From NCBI GenBank assembly GCA_039545335.1, contig BCIN01000010.1, positions 124,001 to 188,000 on the forward strand: a DNA stretch of 64,000 bases. Direction: 5' to 3'. This document shows, one piece after another, positions 14,591-27,619 of the stretch. The notes below the pieces were generated by a model. It was not told where the DNA came from. It did no database searches and worked only from the letters and a program-made list of their open reading frames with translations. The position numbers were made by a program, and so were the translations under genes. Source of the stretch: Kondoa subrosea (Eukaryota). The stretch's first letter is position 1, and the number at the start of each line of letters is the position of its first letter.

Positions 14591-14954
14591 CAAGGTCAGA
14601 CTTAAGACTTGATCTATAAGATCAATCCTAGCATTGCGCTCGAACTAGCGCTTAAGCCACATGCACGGCACGACAGAAGCACCAAAGGAGAAGACACCGT
14701 AGAGCAAGCAGTCTGTTTCATGAGACATGACAGACACGAAGATTCCGTCTAAGAACAGGGCCGAATAAAGCAAAGAATAACGCATTTGAGCGCTTCAAGA
14801 GCCTGCTGCTGCGTTGTGCATCAGAAGTCGGGGGGACTGCCACGATCTAAGTGCTGCTGCGTCTGGCTTCAAGTTCGCTGCTGACTAACAAGCTGAAGGC
14901 TGCTTTGGGCCTGCTTTGGAACGCTGATCTCGTACAAGCACCGTGTCTCATATA
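14591..14954. repeat. Copy 1 of a diverged direct repeat (partner 16326-16610)
   Basis: Collinear shared blocks: caaggtcaga, taagatca.tcctagc, agattccgtct, ctgctgctgcgttgtgc, gactgccacg.tct.agtgctgctgcg, tgactaacaagctgaaggctgcttt, gaacgctgatctcg, ccgtgtctcatata. Confidence 0.9.
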
Positions 14955-15123
14955 TCCTGTTGACAGCAAAGTGAAAGCAGTTGGAATGTACCACTTGGAA
15001 GAGTCGCTTCACGAAGGCATTCATGCAGTAAAGATAAAGAATATAATTATATCATATACTGTTCTGTTTGTACGAAAGTACAGGCCCCTCTGAACCCAAT
15101 AAGACAGACCAGCTGGAAACCAG

Positions 15124-16093
15124 TCAGAAAAAATCATTGAACTGGACGACGCTACTGACCTGTCGCATTACCAAGTCGAATTCCCAGTCAAGCTTCTTTC
15201 CCTCCCTCTTCGCTGACATGCGCCATAGGAAGAGACTCTGGAGGCGAGTGCAAGCCTCCAAGAGATGGAGAGAAGAAGAATTGGTTAGGTTGAGGGGACG
15301 AGGTGGAAGCGGTGGCATTCCTTTCGCGATATCTGCGCTCGATGACGACTTCCTTATGGAATCAGCCGATTGATGTATCGAGAGCTTCGTTGCCGAACGA
15401 ATTATCAGTCTTCATTGATCCGAGTCCTGCGCAAAAAGAAATTAGTATACAAGAAAAACAAAGACTAGCGCGTCAATAATACCTTGGATACAAAGCTTCC
15501 GCTCTTCATTTAGATGCAGGTAAAGAATAGACATCAGTCAAAGCTATCGCAATCATCATTTGCGGATCACCAATCGGGGACTGAATACTCACCTCGCGTT
15601 CACCATCGTTCACAGCTGATCGACCTCCGTGAAGCCCTCGCCCGTTCGCTACTCCCTGACCAACCGATTCTGAGCATAATCCTATACATCTGTCGCCCAA
15701 TTTCTCTGCAATATCGAAGGCTCGCTTGCGATGGTTTGCACCGATTGACCAGTCTGCTGCAGGATCTAGAAGTAACTCATAAAGCTGAAAGAGGTGCCTG
15801 GTGGAAGTGAACGATCTGTATTGAGCTAGATTGCCAAATTGCTGTTGAAGTTGTTTTGCTTCTACTAAAGAAGAGGCCCAGATTACGCGATCAGGGAGTA
15901 GTAATTGCGCATCTGCGAAGATAACGATGCAGTGATAGCTTGAGGAAGTGACTTCGCGTGTTGCTGCGGCGACACTCTTGAGTATTTGGAGACTAGGTAA
16001 AACTGTATACAGAATGCCAGCGGTAGATTCGATTGGTAGGTCGCAAGTAGCTCCAGCGACCAGTTTCAAGAGGCGGCGTAACAGGTAGGGCAT
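15124..16093 (-). CDS. Hypothetical protein or decayed gene between the direct repeats
   Basis: 206-codon ORF (MPYLLRRLLKL...) with intron-like GT..AG segments; downstream exons could not be joined in frame. Confidence 0.3.
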
Positions 16094-16325
16094 ATTCCCT
16101 TGAGTGGTAGTCGCGAAAGAAAGCAATGTTTATTTTCAAATTTCCGTCATCTCTTGGAGCACTTGGAGGAACTTAGAGGAACTTCTCTTGTTGACAGTCT
16201 TTCGAAATTTGCAAGATTCCAACAATGAACAAAACAGTATTGCATCTAACCAGCGTCAATCAACAGCTTTCCGTTCCAGCAATCTGAATGTTGATACAAG
16301 CAAGTGGCAGACAGGACAGGTAGTC

Positions 16326-16610
16326 CAAGGTCAGAGAAAGATTTGACCTGTAAGATCAGTCCTAGCGTCGCGCCCAATGTCATGCTTGTAGCTACATATT
16401 CGAAAAGTCTGAATCATAAGACACGACCGATGCACAGATTCCGTCTGATAATAGCAAGAGCTACACGCTTGAGGTTTCTGCTGCTGCGTTGTGCGACGGT
16501 GGTTCGAGGACTGCCACGTTCTGAGTGCTGCTGCGCCTCGCTTCGCTGTTGACTAACAAGCTGAAGGCTGCTTTCGAACGCTGATCTCGCAAAGTGCCGT
16601 GTCTCATATA
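16326..16610. repeat. Copy 2 of the diverged direct repeat (partner 14591-14954)
   Basis: Same collinear blocks as copy 1, with indels. Confidence 0.9.
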
Positions 16611-16708
16611 AGCTGCTCGCCTGCTGTGCCCCGACGTCGCGCTTGCTCCCTGTACTTCAGGCCTCTTCCCCTTTGTGTTTCGCTTGGGTCGGAACTCCTG
16701 TTCTGGCA

Positions 16709-19491
16709 ATGTCATACTACGCTCAGCAGCAGCCCTATCAGCAACAGCCTTATCAAGACTCTTATGCTAGACCACCTCTGCCACCTCTGCCACCAGGCGC
16801 CCTAGAAGCAGAGCTGCAAAGACAGCAACAGCAGACGTGAGCATTGCTTGTTTATGTCATGCAATATACAGGCTGAAAGATCTGTTGCAGGCCGAGCATT
16901 GCAAGTCCAAGACCTCAGCATCTACCTACACATATTCCAGCTGGACATCTTGAAGATCAAGCTTCCTTGATCAACGCGATTCCACCTTATAACCCTTCTA
17001 ATTCTCCTTCTCTGTACTCAACATCGTCTTCCGGTTATCCAGCTTCCCCTCCACCTCCTCAGCATTATAATAATTACTCTGCTTCTCCTCCGCAACTTCA
17101 GCAGCCTACCTTTCAACCATTACACGTTCCATTCGGGCAGCAATCAACCTATTCGCAGGCACCTGAGCCTTATCAACAGCAACAGCAAGCTCCTCAATTC
17201 TCAGTAGAACCTCCGCCTTCACCTTCTTACGCGGGTATGCCTGCTAATCTAGCTCAACCTCCACCAAGAATGTCTTCAGCTGTAGACTCTTTCGCTCGTT
17301 TATCAGTGAATGGTAATGGCTATTCTGGACCAGAACAAAGCACAAGTCGATTTGCTCCGACTAATCAAGGTAGAAGAGCATCATCAACTTCAGCTGCTGC
17401 TCCCTCACCTGCATCGAGTTTCAACCCATTGGCAGCTTCTACTTCTTCACAATCGCTCAATACAATGTCTTATACAAACAATAGACAATTTAGTGCTTCA
17501 CCTGCACCTTCTCATATGCGAAACTATTCCGACTCAGCAGAAAATCGTCGATCTACAGCTTCTCCCTCACCTAGTGGAAAATTAGCCATGTCATTACCAA
17601 AAACAGAAGATTTAGCAATCATGAGAGAAGCAGCTAAAGATGGGCCATCTAAAGTTCGATGGGCTAAAGAAATCTTCAAGTTTCTGGAACGAAATCAAAC
17701 GGGTTCATCTATTTCAGATCCAATGATGGTAGCTTGGGTCGATGAAGCCATTCGATTGATCTTGACTCATTCAAGTTCTATGCCACCCGTACCGGAAGCG
17801 TTGTTTTGGAAAGCTCATTTGGCCATGCAAGGAACTTTTCCAACAATTATTCCAAAGAATCCAAAAACTGCTTTTAGGGATTTTGAAGCGTCAGTTGCAT
17901 GACAGGGTATTAGCGTCCGCTAATAGTTTGTCATGATAAATGACAGTGCCGCCAATGCTGAATATGCACCTGCTTGGTATCGAATAGGGAAAGAGTACGA
18001 ACACTTCAATGATCTCGGTCGAGCGAGGGATGCGTACGAGAAAGGCATAGGGTTAGGCGACGTTACCAGTACCTACAGAATGGGCATGGCTTACCTACTC
18101 GGTCAACTGGATCTGTCGCCCGATATTGCAAGAGGACTCGATTACTTACATACAGCAGCTGTGGTAGCCGAACAAGTTGGTGAAGTAGATACAGCGGCAC
18201 CTCTGTATGTTTGGGGCATGATCAATGCTGGAGAGTTTGAAGCGCCAAACGTACCGTCTAACGCTTTACCTCATGATGTTAACGAAGCCGGTCGATGTAT
18301 GAAGAGGGCGGCTTGGTTGACTCATTTACCTGCTCTACTGAAGATGGGTAATGCTGCCGAATTCGCTCAATTGGGCTGCCCTTTCGATCCGTTTGTCAGT
18401 GTGTAGGTCTCGCTTGATTCTATTTACGTAGACAATAGCTGCTAATGGCTGTATTGCAGGCAATATTACAGTTTAGCCAGTCAACAAGGTGATCCAGAGG
18501 CCGATATGGCTCTGTCAAAGGTTCGCAACTTGATTACCAGTATATTGAATGCTGTTCAACCTCACACTCTCAGTGGTTCCTTTGTGGTAAGCTAGTATCA
18601 TTTTGTGTCACCCGGCCGCGTCTCAAGCAACCTCTTTTCAATAGGCGCGGAAGGATGTTTCTCGGCTAATGAAGATTTGGCGTTCACTTTTGCGGATAAA
18701 GCCGCACGGAAAGGACTACCAACAGCTGAGTTTGCTTTGGGCTATTACCTAGAACTAGGCATTGGATGTCGGAAAGACGTCGATGCTGCAAAGAAATGGT
18801 ATTCGAAGGTTTGTCCAGACTGCTGATAGCACTTGGTATGTACCAGCAGCTGATTTGATCTTCAGGCACTCGCTCAAGGCAATGAAGATGCTCGAGGTCG
18901 TCTCGATACATTGAACGCTGGCGCTAAGCCAATGTCTCGCAATGAGCATGAAGCTCAAGCAGCTTTGCTAGTCAGGTCAGTGTAATGTGCTGTCGAGATA
19001 GTTTGAGTCTGATAAGTATAATTGGCGCTGATAGGAAACGTACTCAAGCCCAACTCAAGTCAGACTCGGACAGCCGTCGGTCCTCGGGAGTAGGGAGACC
19101 GTCGACCACTCAACAGAGCTCTGGTACGCAAGATATGGTGCGCAAGCAGACTATGAAGCGAGTCGAAAAGGCAGCAAAAATGTCTATGCCTATTTCATCA
19201 CCGCCCAAAGCACAACCGAACAAGCGGTATACTCTCTCTGATTCAGCACCAGCTATGCCTGTACCAGATCATTCAGCCTCTGTGCCTGTTCACGTTGCGC
19301 CATCGAAAAAAGGGTAGGTCTCGCTCATTTTCGGGAAGAAGCACTATGCTGACTCCTTATCAAAAGACCGTCTACTTTCGCAGAAATGGGTATTGCTTCA
19401 GTGCGTGTATAGTGTCCTGATATGATGAATATATGCTAAGCTGATACTCTAGACTCAAATGAAGAAGGGCGATGATTGCATAGTGTCGTGA
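16709..19491 (+). CDS. Sel1-repeat chitin synthase regulator (Chs4/Skt5-like) with C-terminal CaaX
   Basis: P/Q-rich N-terminus, Sel1 repeats (AWYRIGKEYE, AEFALGYYLELGIG, DMALSKWFLCG); spliced end KKGDDCIVS*. Confidence 0.85.
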
Positions 19492-19651
19492 TCTGTATAT
19501 ACCCATGCCGTACCTCGATACCTTGTATATTATAGAGCTTGAAGCATGCATGCATATATCTGAAGAGTAGGGGAACCATGCAATGCAAATGCTATGACTA
19601 GACACATGTACAATGTTTACAGAACGAACAAAGCAACTTTACGCGAATCCC

Positions 19652-22600
19652 TTACTGCGCCCATTCACCAGCACTACTCAATTTGGCAAAGACTCCTCCT
19701 TGCGCAACTAGGTTCTCATAAGTCCCACTTTCGACCACTTGTCCGGCTTCAACAACCAGCAAGCGATCGCACATCCGCATCAGATCCAGCTTATGAGTGA
19801 CAATGAGCGTCGTTCTACCATCTTTAACCTTTGCGATGGTTGACATGACGATTTGCTGGTTTTCTGGGTCCAAGGCAGAAGTACATTCATCAAGAATCAA
19901 GACTTCTCGCTTGCGTAAGATAGCCCTTGCAATCGCAATTCGCTGAGCTTGACCACCAGAGACTAAGTTAGCGTTTTCTCCAAGATTGGTGTCGTAGCCA
20001 TTTGGAAGCTGTATGATGAACTCATGAGCGCTTGCTAATCTGGCTGCTTGTTCAACATCTTCTTGACTAGCTTCAGTTCCATATGCGATGTTTCCAGTCA
20101 CAGACATATCGAAAAGCGCCGGGTGTTGGCTGACGACAGCGATGTGATCTCGTAGGTAATGTACGTCAGTGCGACGAAAAGGCCTGCCATCGAGCAGAAT
20201 TTGACCGGAACCCGGTTCGTAGAGGCGTTGAAGCATTGCTGTCACAGTCGACTTGCCCGATCCAGAAGCACTGGAATGCTTGTCAGCAGAGCTCATTTGG
20301 ATCCGAACACGACATACCCGACAATACCAACGCATTCGCCAGCTGCGATCTTGAAATTCATACTTTGTAGTACTGGAGCTTTGGGCCGAGATGGATAGGC
20401 AAAGGTGACTTTGTCGAAAGTGATGATCCCTTCGACTGGATAAGTCATCCGACCTTCAGATTCCTGAGTTTCCTCTGTCAGATCGTAGAGTCGCTGTAGG
20501 TCACATGCAGCAGCAGCTGATCTTGTACCGGCCGGGACTGGAGACTATGTCTTAGCCTTGCAACATATGGAAACAGGTAGGCTCACTGTAACCCAATATA
20601 GTGGAACCGAAGCTGACAGTGAAAGCAATTAGAGTGAAGACTTGCAACATCTGCTGGAAGGTGTATAGGCCGTTTCGAACAAAGAACGCTCCAGCTAAGA
20701 ACATGATGGCTAGTGGAATCGCAATCAGCCGCGCTCTGCCAGATGTGAGAGAGCACTTACCCTGTGCCATAACACCACCAGCTGAGGCTGCACTAGAAGC
20801 AGCTCCACTCCATAGAGCTTGCTTGATATGCGATTTGTGAGATATGGCTAGAGCCTCCTCGTACTGATTTACAAAAACACCTTCGAGCGACATCGAGCGA
20901 ATGGCTTTGATGTTTGAGACGACCTGTCGTGGAGAAGCGTTAGCAAAACATCCAAATGATTACAAATTTTACTCACCGCATGGAAGCGGTTGACAATATC
21001 CTCACGCCTTCGCTTGTTGACAAATTCGAATCCGGCAATAAGTTTTGCTTGCCATCCAGTGAGAACAATAAGGAAAGGAAGGATAGCAGCCCCAACGAGG
21101 GTGAGTTGCCACCCAACGACCATTGCCCAAGTTAGACCAAGCGTCACCAAGACCAAAACAATCACCACTTGACCAGCAATCATACCGACGATGTTACGAG
21201 CGTCTTCTACATCTTTGACACAGACATTGGCGAGATTGATAGCGCTGTTTTGTGATTCGTCGTAGAATTTCTTGTCTTGAGACATCATCTTAAGATAAGA
21301 TGTCTGTCTGATATGGTTGACCCAGCCCATAGCCGACCATTGGAGTAAGGTGTAGCGAAGCCAGAAGGAGAAACCTTCGATGACAGCAACGAGCAGAATC
21401 AGAAGAGCTGTGCGAACCATTACACCTTGACCAGCACCAGTACCGAGCGTCGCCAGCATCTGAGAGAGCAGCGAAGAGAACATTGGTGTAGTAATACCGA
21501 CGACAACACAGCAGAAAAAGCCAGCAGCTAAGAGAGGCTTGTTCGGGACGAGAGGAATCATTCTGCGCAAAACAGCGATTGTACCCATCTGTGCATGATC
21601 TTTGTCTTCGTCTTCCATTTCAATAGCGACTTCTTCTACCGGTTTTTCGAGCTCGGCGTCCGGTTTCTCGATCATAATTACTGGCGTTCTTGGTGTAGGT
21701 CGAACACGTTTTGTGCTCGCTGATCTTCCAGCAGATTCAAGGAAAGTAGGAGGAAGCCCGGAGAAGCGGTCACTATTGGGACGACTTGTACCAAATCTGA
21801 GCTGATTGAGATTTGGTGGAGCGGGAAACAGGTTTTCAAAGAACTGATTTTGTTGATGTAGTTCCGGACTACCAATCTGTGGCAGATAGCTAGAAGACTT
21901 GCGTTTAGACATTTCGCTGAGGAAAGATGATTGTCGGTGCAGCTGCATAATGTTGCGAGCTGAAGAAGCCATTGCTCCTAGAGCACTAGGATCGGTTGAA
22001 GCTCTCCAAGAATGTCTGGCAGGAACAAAAGAGACATTGAGGAAGTCGTCCAACGGCTCTTCGTCTTCCTCTGTTTGCTGCACCTTGGCTTGCATAGTTG
22101 CCATCTGGTGGAACCAACCATCTTCAATCTTGTCCAGCTCCTCCCGAAAACCTTGTTCGACAACTTTGCCATCTCGTAGGACATAGACGAAGTCGGTTGG
22201 TACAATTGGCATGAGATCATGGGTGATGATGATGGTTGTTTTGTTTGCTCGCCAGCGCTTGATAGCTTCATACACGAGGACACGAGAGACGGTATCCAAA
22301 GCAGATGTTGCCTCATCTTTGTGCAGCAGATCAGTCATATACTATCCAAGGCGGGAAGAGAACGCACCAAGGATAAGAACAGTAGGGTCACGTAAGAAAG
22401 CTCTTGCGATAGCTAATCTTTGCCTTTGACCACCACTCAGACTGGCACCCTTCTCACCGCTCAACAAAGTGTCATAGCCATCAGGTAGATCTCGAATGAA
22501 ATCATGAACCAAAGCCATCCTACAAGCTTCCATGACCTTCTCTCTTGGCACATCACCAACTTTCTTATCCGTTCCCACAACAGCACCAATAGCAACATTA

Positions 22601-24465
22601 TCATGAACAGTTCCATCGAAAAGAACGGAAGCGCCTTGAGAAACCATTGCGATATGCGATCGAACCCATTTATCGTCCAACCAGTTCAGACCTTGCTCAT
22701 CCAATTCGACTTGTCCTAAGTCGGGTTTGTACATTCCCATGAGCAAAGCGCCAATAGTAGATTTACCCGAACCGGATTGACCAACGATGAAAGTCGTTTC
22801 TCTTGCAGGTAAAAACAGATCTACGTCGGTCAAAACGGGAGCATGAGGATGAGGTCGAGTTGGATAGTGAAACGTAACGTGTTGCAAAGTCATTTCGCCG
22901 GTGAAAGTACCAGGTTGAATGCGACGGAGTTCTCGAGCTGGTTTTCCACCTCGAATCCGAAGTTTGCTTGGTGTTATAGGGGTAGTGGGACTTGTCGGAG
23001 GAGAAGTGACGAAAGAAGAGACCATAGGTGGAGGACTGTGATGTTGAGGATGCTGAGCCTTTTGATCGTTTTCGCTATGATCGACCAGTAAGTTGAGTAA
23101 ACTAGCCATTGCTAATTTTCCAGCTTCGATGACATTCAAATTGGGCAGAGCAGCTTGGAAAGAGTTACTAGCTACTAGAGTACCCCAAAAGACTTGAGTT
23201 ACTTGACCTGGAGTAAGTTTGCCTTGATTGACCAAAGTGTTGCCATACCAGAAACCTTGGACAAAACTTGCCATGAGTAAAAATTGAGCAATACCAAGAC
23301 GTAGACCCCAAGCCATGGCTAGTTTGCGATAGTTGGCTTCCATTTGTTTGGCTAAAGAGAGGAAATATTTCGCTTCGATCTTTTCTGCATTGAAAGCTTT
23401 GACAGTAGCGATCGAAGAGACAGCACGCTCTAGACGACCAGAAGCAATTGTAGTCTGGATTCGATCTACTTCGAGGTATTTTGCTGCAAAGCGCTCCACT
23501 ACTGCTGAACTGAAGAGAATGATTGGTAAAGTCGCAAGAATGACTAGAGTGAGAGACCAAGATCGCCAAAGACAGACAATGATGGATGCAATACCGGTCA
23601 AGAAGAGTTGAACGAAGGTGCCCATTGAGTTGCCAACAGCGATACGAACAGCATCGGTATCGCTATCGGACCGGTCAGTCACCTTCAGGGATTGAGAAAC
23701 GAGAACCTACCGAGCAAATCTACCAGTCAGACCAGCTGTACTTCCTCCTTCCCCATCATCAGTCTCAGCACCTTCTTGATTTCTGCCCATGCCCATTCCC
23801 AAATCAAACCATTCCAAACTCTTCAAACCAACATCAGCGAAAATATATTTCCTCAAACTCCTGACTATCACTTCTGCATTCATGTTCCAGAAAGCCATAG
23901 TGACCCAAGTAGCGAAAATAGATCCAACAGCTAAACCTGAAAGAGTAGCGAAAATGATGAGTTGTTCATGAATGAATTTTTCTTTAGCTGGACCTAAAGC
24001 AGTAGGTGAAGAAGTTTCCGCAGTGATTGCTATATATCTTGTGAAACTGTCGAAAGCGTTCCCGATGACTATAGTGATGTAAGGCAAGATAGCTGCTGAT
24101 GCTGCGGAAGTGATTAGACCGGGTACTGTCCATTTAAGGATCTCTTTTCGGGTTGAAAGTGCATAGAGTAGTTTGACTGAAGGTTTGTAGAAAGGTTTCT
24201 CTACTTTCTTTTCTACTAAAGGTGCACCAGATTTGGTTGATGCGTAAGACATGTGAGAGTTTTTCTTTTCCAATGGATGAGAGTAAGGACCAGCTATGCT
24301 TGAATTCAAATCTTCTTGATAAGGTGAAGGTCGATTGTCTTCTTTGCCAGGTAAACGGATATGCAAGTCTTTGGTATTCGAAGCGGAAATGGGTATAGAG
24401 GACAATTCAACAGCACTTGGTCGTCGTCGAGCACCATCTGATGATGGGTTCCAACCAGATACCAT
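19652..24465 (-). CDS. Full-length ABCB transporter, Ste6/Mam1-like (putative pheromone exporter)
   Basis: TMD-NBD-TMD-NBD; Walker A GQSGSGKST and GASGSGKST, signatures LSGGQRQR and VSGGQAQR, ILDEATSALD and ILDECTSALD; Ste6 subfamily call is by resemblance only. Confidence 0.85.
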
Positions 24466-24832
24466 TCCTACGTTCTGCAGTAGATGTTACCGAGATCAAG
24501 AGAAGGAAGGAATCGAAGGGTTAAGAAGTACAGAAAATGGGAATAAAGCACCAACAGCCAAAGCAAAGCGATCACGATAATGAGTCTGGTCGCTGATACA
24601 GATATCTGCATTAGCACACTCAAGCTTGCCTCTCTGCCTTTGTGACAGGACAAAAGGTCAGTAACCTTTTGTTCGGCACATCCTCGCAGAGACTGGTTTC
24701 TCTCCCACACACACAGAGATGAATACATGTATAACAGCGCCGCAGATTAGGGCATTGAGCAGAGGGAAGCATATCAATGAAATACGATTCGCTGTTGCGG
24801 GAAATCTCGCTTGACCTCAGTACACGATCAAT

Positions 24833-25698
24833 ATGGCTGCAAACATGCTAGCACGCCAGACCTGCCTACGACCTTTCCCACGTCAAACAGCGTTGCAGTC
24901 CATGAGGGTCTTCCATTCAGGTTTGTATCCGATTTGGTGAAATGCCAATTAGCTCTTATATCAGCCTCGTGAACAGCTACGCAGCAAAAGGCTTCATTGG
25001 CTAGCGGTGATGGCTATCACTATGAGTCGAACAAATGGGGCAAGGGAGATGTACTGCCAGCAGACGGAAGTAGGTGCTGTGTCGATCCAATCAGACTGCC
25101 CTGATTGATAGGCATATTATCCTACAGCATACATCAAAGGTTAGCTACATAACACTTCTTATTGGTTTGTGTCTGAATCCATAGAAAAGGAACGGTTAAC
25201 GACCCAACATCTTTCCCAACTCCTACAAAGATGCATGGCTCTCTGCACTGGACTTTCGAGCGTGTTCTTTCCGCTGCTTTGGTTCCAGTAGTCGGAGCCA
25301 CCGCAGTCGTCTCACCTAATCCTGTGCTTGATGGTATTTTGGCCGTTTCGATCGTTCTTCATTCTCATCTCGTAAGGCATTCCAAACGTCTAGTTGTAGC
25401 CTATCTGATTGAATATTACAGGGCTACGATCAAATCGGTCTCGATTATCTTCACAAGCGCAAGCACCCGGTCGCTTGGCCTATCTTTTTGTGGGGAACTA
25501 GAATTGCTTCAGTAGCAACATTGGTCGGAATTTACCAGGTAAGTAACAGCTCTCTGTAGTCCCTTTATCAGAATTGATATCTTTTTGCAGCTAAACACCA
25601 ATGATATTGGTTGCACTGAGCTTATCAAAAGGTGATTAGCTCTTCCTTAGTCTGTACTGTCAATTTTAATCTTGTTTGGCAGACTATGGCACGCATAA
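24833..25698 (+). CDS. SDH4: Succinate dehydrogenase cytochrome b small subunit
   Basis: Mitochondrial presequence; YIKGTVNDPT, HGSLHWTFERVLSAALVP, HSHLGYDQIGLDYL, TNDIGCTELIKRLWHA*. Confidence 0.93.
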
Positions 25699-25834
25699 GG
25701 AATTCTAGCGCGAGCTCTTGTATAACTCTGCTGTCCTGTGTTTTGCAACATACATTTGACAAGTCTCTAAATGTTTGGGATACGATACATTCTCTTTCGC
25801 TCCTAGTCTCCTATCACTTGACCTACTCTTTCAA

Positions 25835-27323
25835 TTATATACCAAAAGCAAATGTTTGAGCTCCATACAATCCATTCAAGACCTTGGCATCTTCTATATC
25901 TACTCTTCCAGCTCCAGCAGCCACATCTATTACCCTATGCTTCAGATCCCAGCTTTTGTACAGCACAGCAGTACTCACATAGAGGCATGAAATGTTCCAG
26001 TTGCGGATGAGCCAAGCGACAACCAGGATGATTAATCAAAGCATGTAAAGCTTTTTGTCTTTCTGCTGGACTTTTAGCTAGCTGTACTGCGTCGGTTATG
26101 GCTTGACTCCAGGAAAGGTAGATCGGTTTCGCTGTTTGTTCGGTGAAAGCACTGTAGATACTTCTCAATGCCTGACTTCATATTCAAAGGGGAAAGACAA
26201 ACGAGAAATCTTGGAAAGCTGGGAAGGGCGAGCTTGGTTAGGATTAATAAAGGAGGCAAGCAATGATAGGACATACTATGAACCGTCAATCCACCGGCAA
26301 GGATCAAGTATCCCTCGTTTCGTAAAGCTGAAACAGCTTGGCCGACTTTTTCGTTATCGTAGCTTGAGTCAGAAGCGTCGATGCTTGCTTGGACTATGGG
26401 AACATCAAAGGTTTCTTTCGACTCAACGCCATAACCAGGGAACATCAGTGAGAATGGCACGAAGACGCCGTGATCAATGCCCGGTCGCACTGATGGAAAG
26501 TATCAGCTGAATTTCTCTGCAACGAAGACACTCACTCCCTCCTCTTCCATCTCGACCTCGAGGCTCATTAAGACCGCTTGTACGAGCTTTCATTCCGTTC
26601 TAGCTCGCGTTTTAGCTTTCTCCTACAGCTCATGCAGATGACATACATCCTCGAATGCTTGTACTGCTCTTTGCGAGAGATCTTTGTCGCCTTTCGACTT
26701 GAAATCGACTTGTTTGTAATACCACTTCTCACAGGTTGAGAAATCAATCGATGCGTATGTTAGACGACTCACTTCGTCAAAGCCAAAGTAGTCATACAAA
26801 AGCTAAATAGCATGTCAGTGTCAATTACAGCATAGCTGCTTTAATTCGACCAACCGGATTCCGATCACCATAATCGGAGACTAAGCGTTCATTTTGTGTC
26901 TCCCAATGAGCGCTAAAGACTAGAATGCCTTTTGGCTTGTATTTCTCCAGCAAGAATGGTCCGAAGTCTTTTAGAAAGGCCACTTGTCTGCCTGTGGGCC
27001 CGAAGTCTTCGCCAAAGCCTGAAAGCTCTTTCCTGAAAACAGTCGCTTATTCTGTAAGTCTTTGCTCACCTCGAGATGGTAGATGAGGCGGACGAATGTA
27101 ATTGGGCGAACCTGCGGGATGAGTCCATCATCTCCCATACAAGGCCGATGAACAGACTCACCATGACCAAAGAAGAACTGCTCCCAGTTCCCAGTTAGCG
27201 CATAGCGACTGACTGACCCAGCCGACTTACGACAGGCATAGCTTTCCCAGGTGTCAGATCAGGCAATGAGTTCATAGCTTGTAGCCATTCAGCTCGTGTC
27301 TGAGGACCTTTGCTGGTGCTCAT
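25835..27323 (-). CDS. Extradiol ring-cleavage dioxygenase, LigB/DODA (4,5-DOPA dioxygenase-like) family
   Basis: FFGHGSP, LVFSAHWET, YDYFGF, GIDHGVFVPF, PIVQASID, LRNEGYLILAGGLTVH, AHPQLEHFMPL. Confidence 0.88.
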
Positions 27324-27619
27324 GATGACAGAGGATGATAGAATGCGAGAGCCAAATAGGTGTTTACTGATCGCAGACAAATGGGAAGATAAATTTCAGA
27401 GCCTCAAGCGCGACAGAAAGAGAATCACACTGGAAAGAAACGGACAATAGCGAGCGACAGAGACACAACAAGACAAGATAAGAGCAAGTGACTGGTCATA
27501 CGGAGAAGAGAGGTATCAGTAATCTGATTATTCAGACGCCGGATGATTGATAAGGCGCTTATGTAATCATCTAACCGTTGTGTTTTCTATTGGCAATCTA
27601 TACAATTCTCCACCCGTTT

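Noticed and set aside
16709..24465. CaaX protein next to a Ste6-like exporter and near a 7TM gene, suggesting a mating-type locus
   Set aside because: The CaaX belongs to a Chs4-type regulator, where it is normal. I found no short pheromone precursor, Ste3-like receptor or homeodomain gene.
19652..24465. Many antisense and alternative-frame ORFs of 60-130 aa in the ORF track, here and elsewhere
   Set aside because: They overlap well-supported genes, lack motifs and look like shadow ORFs.
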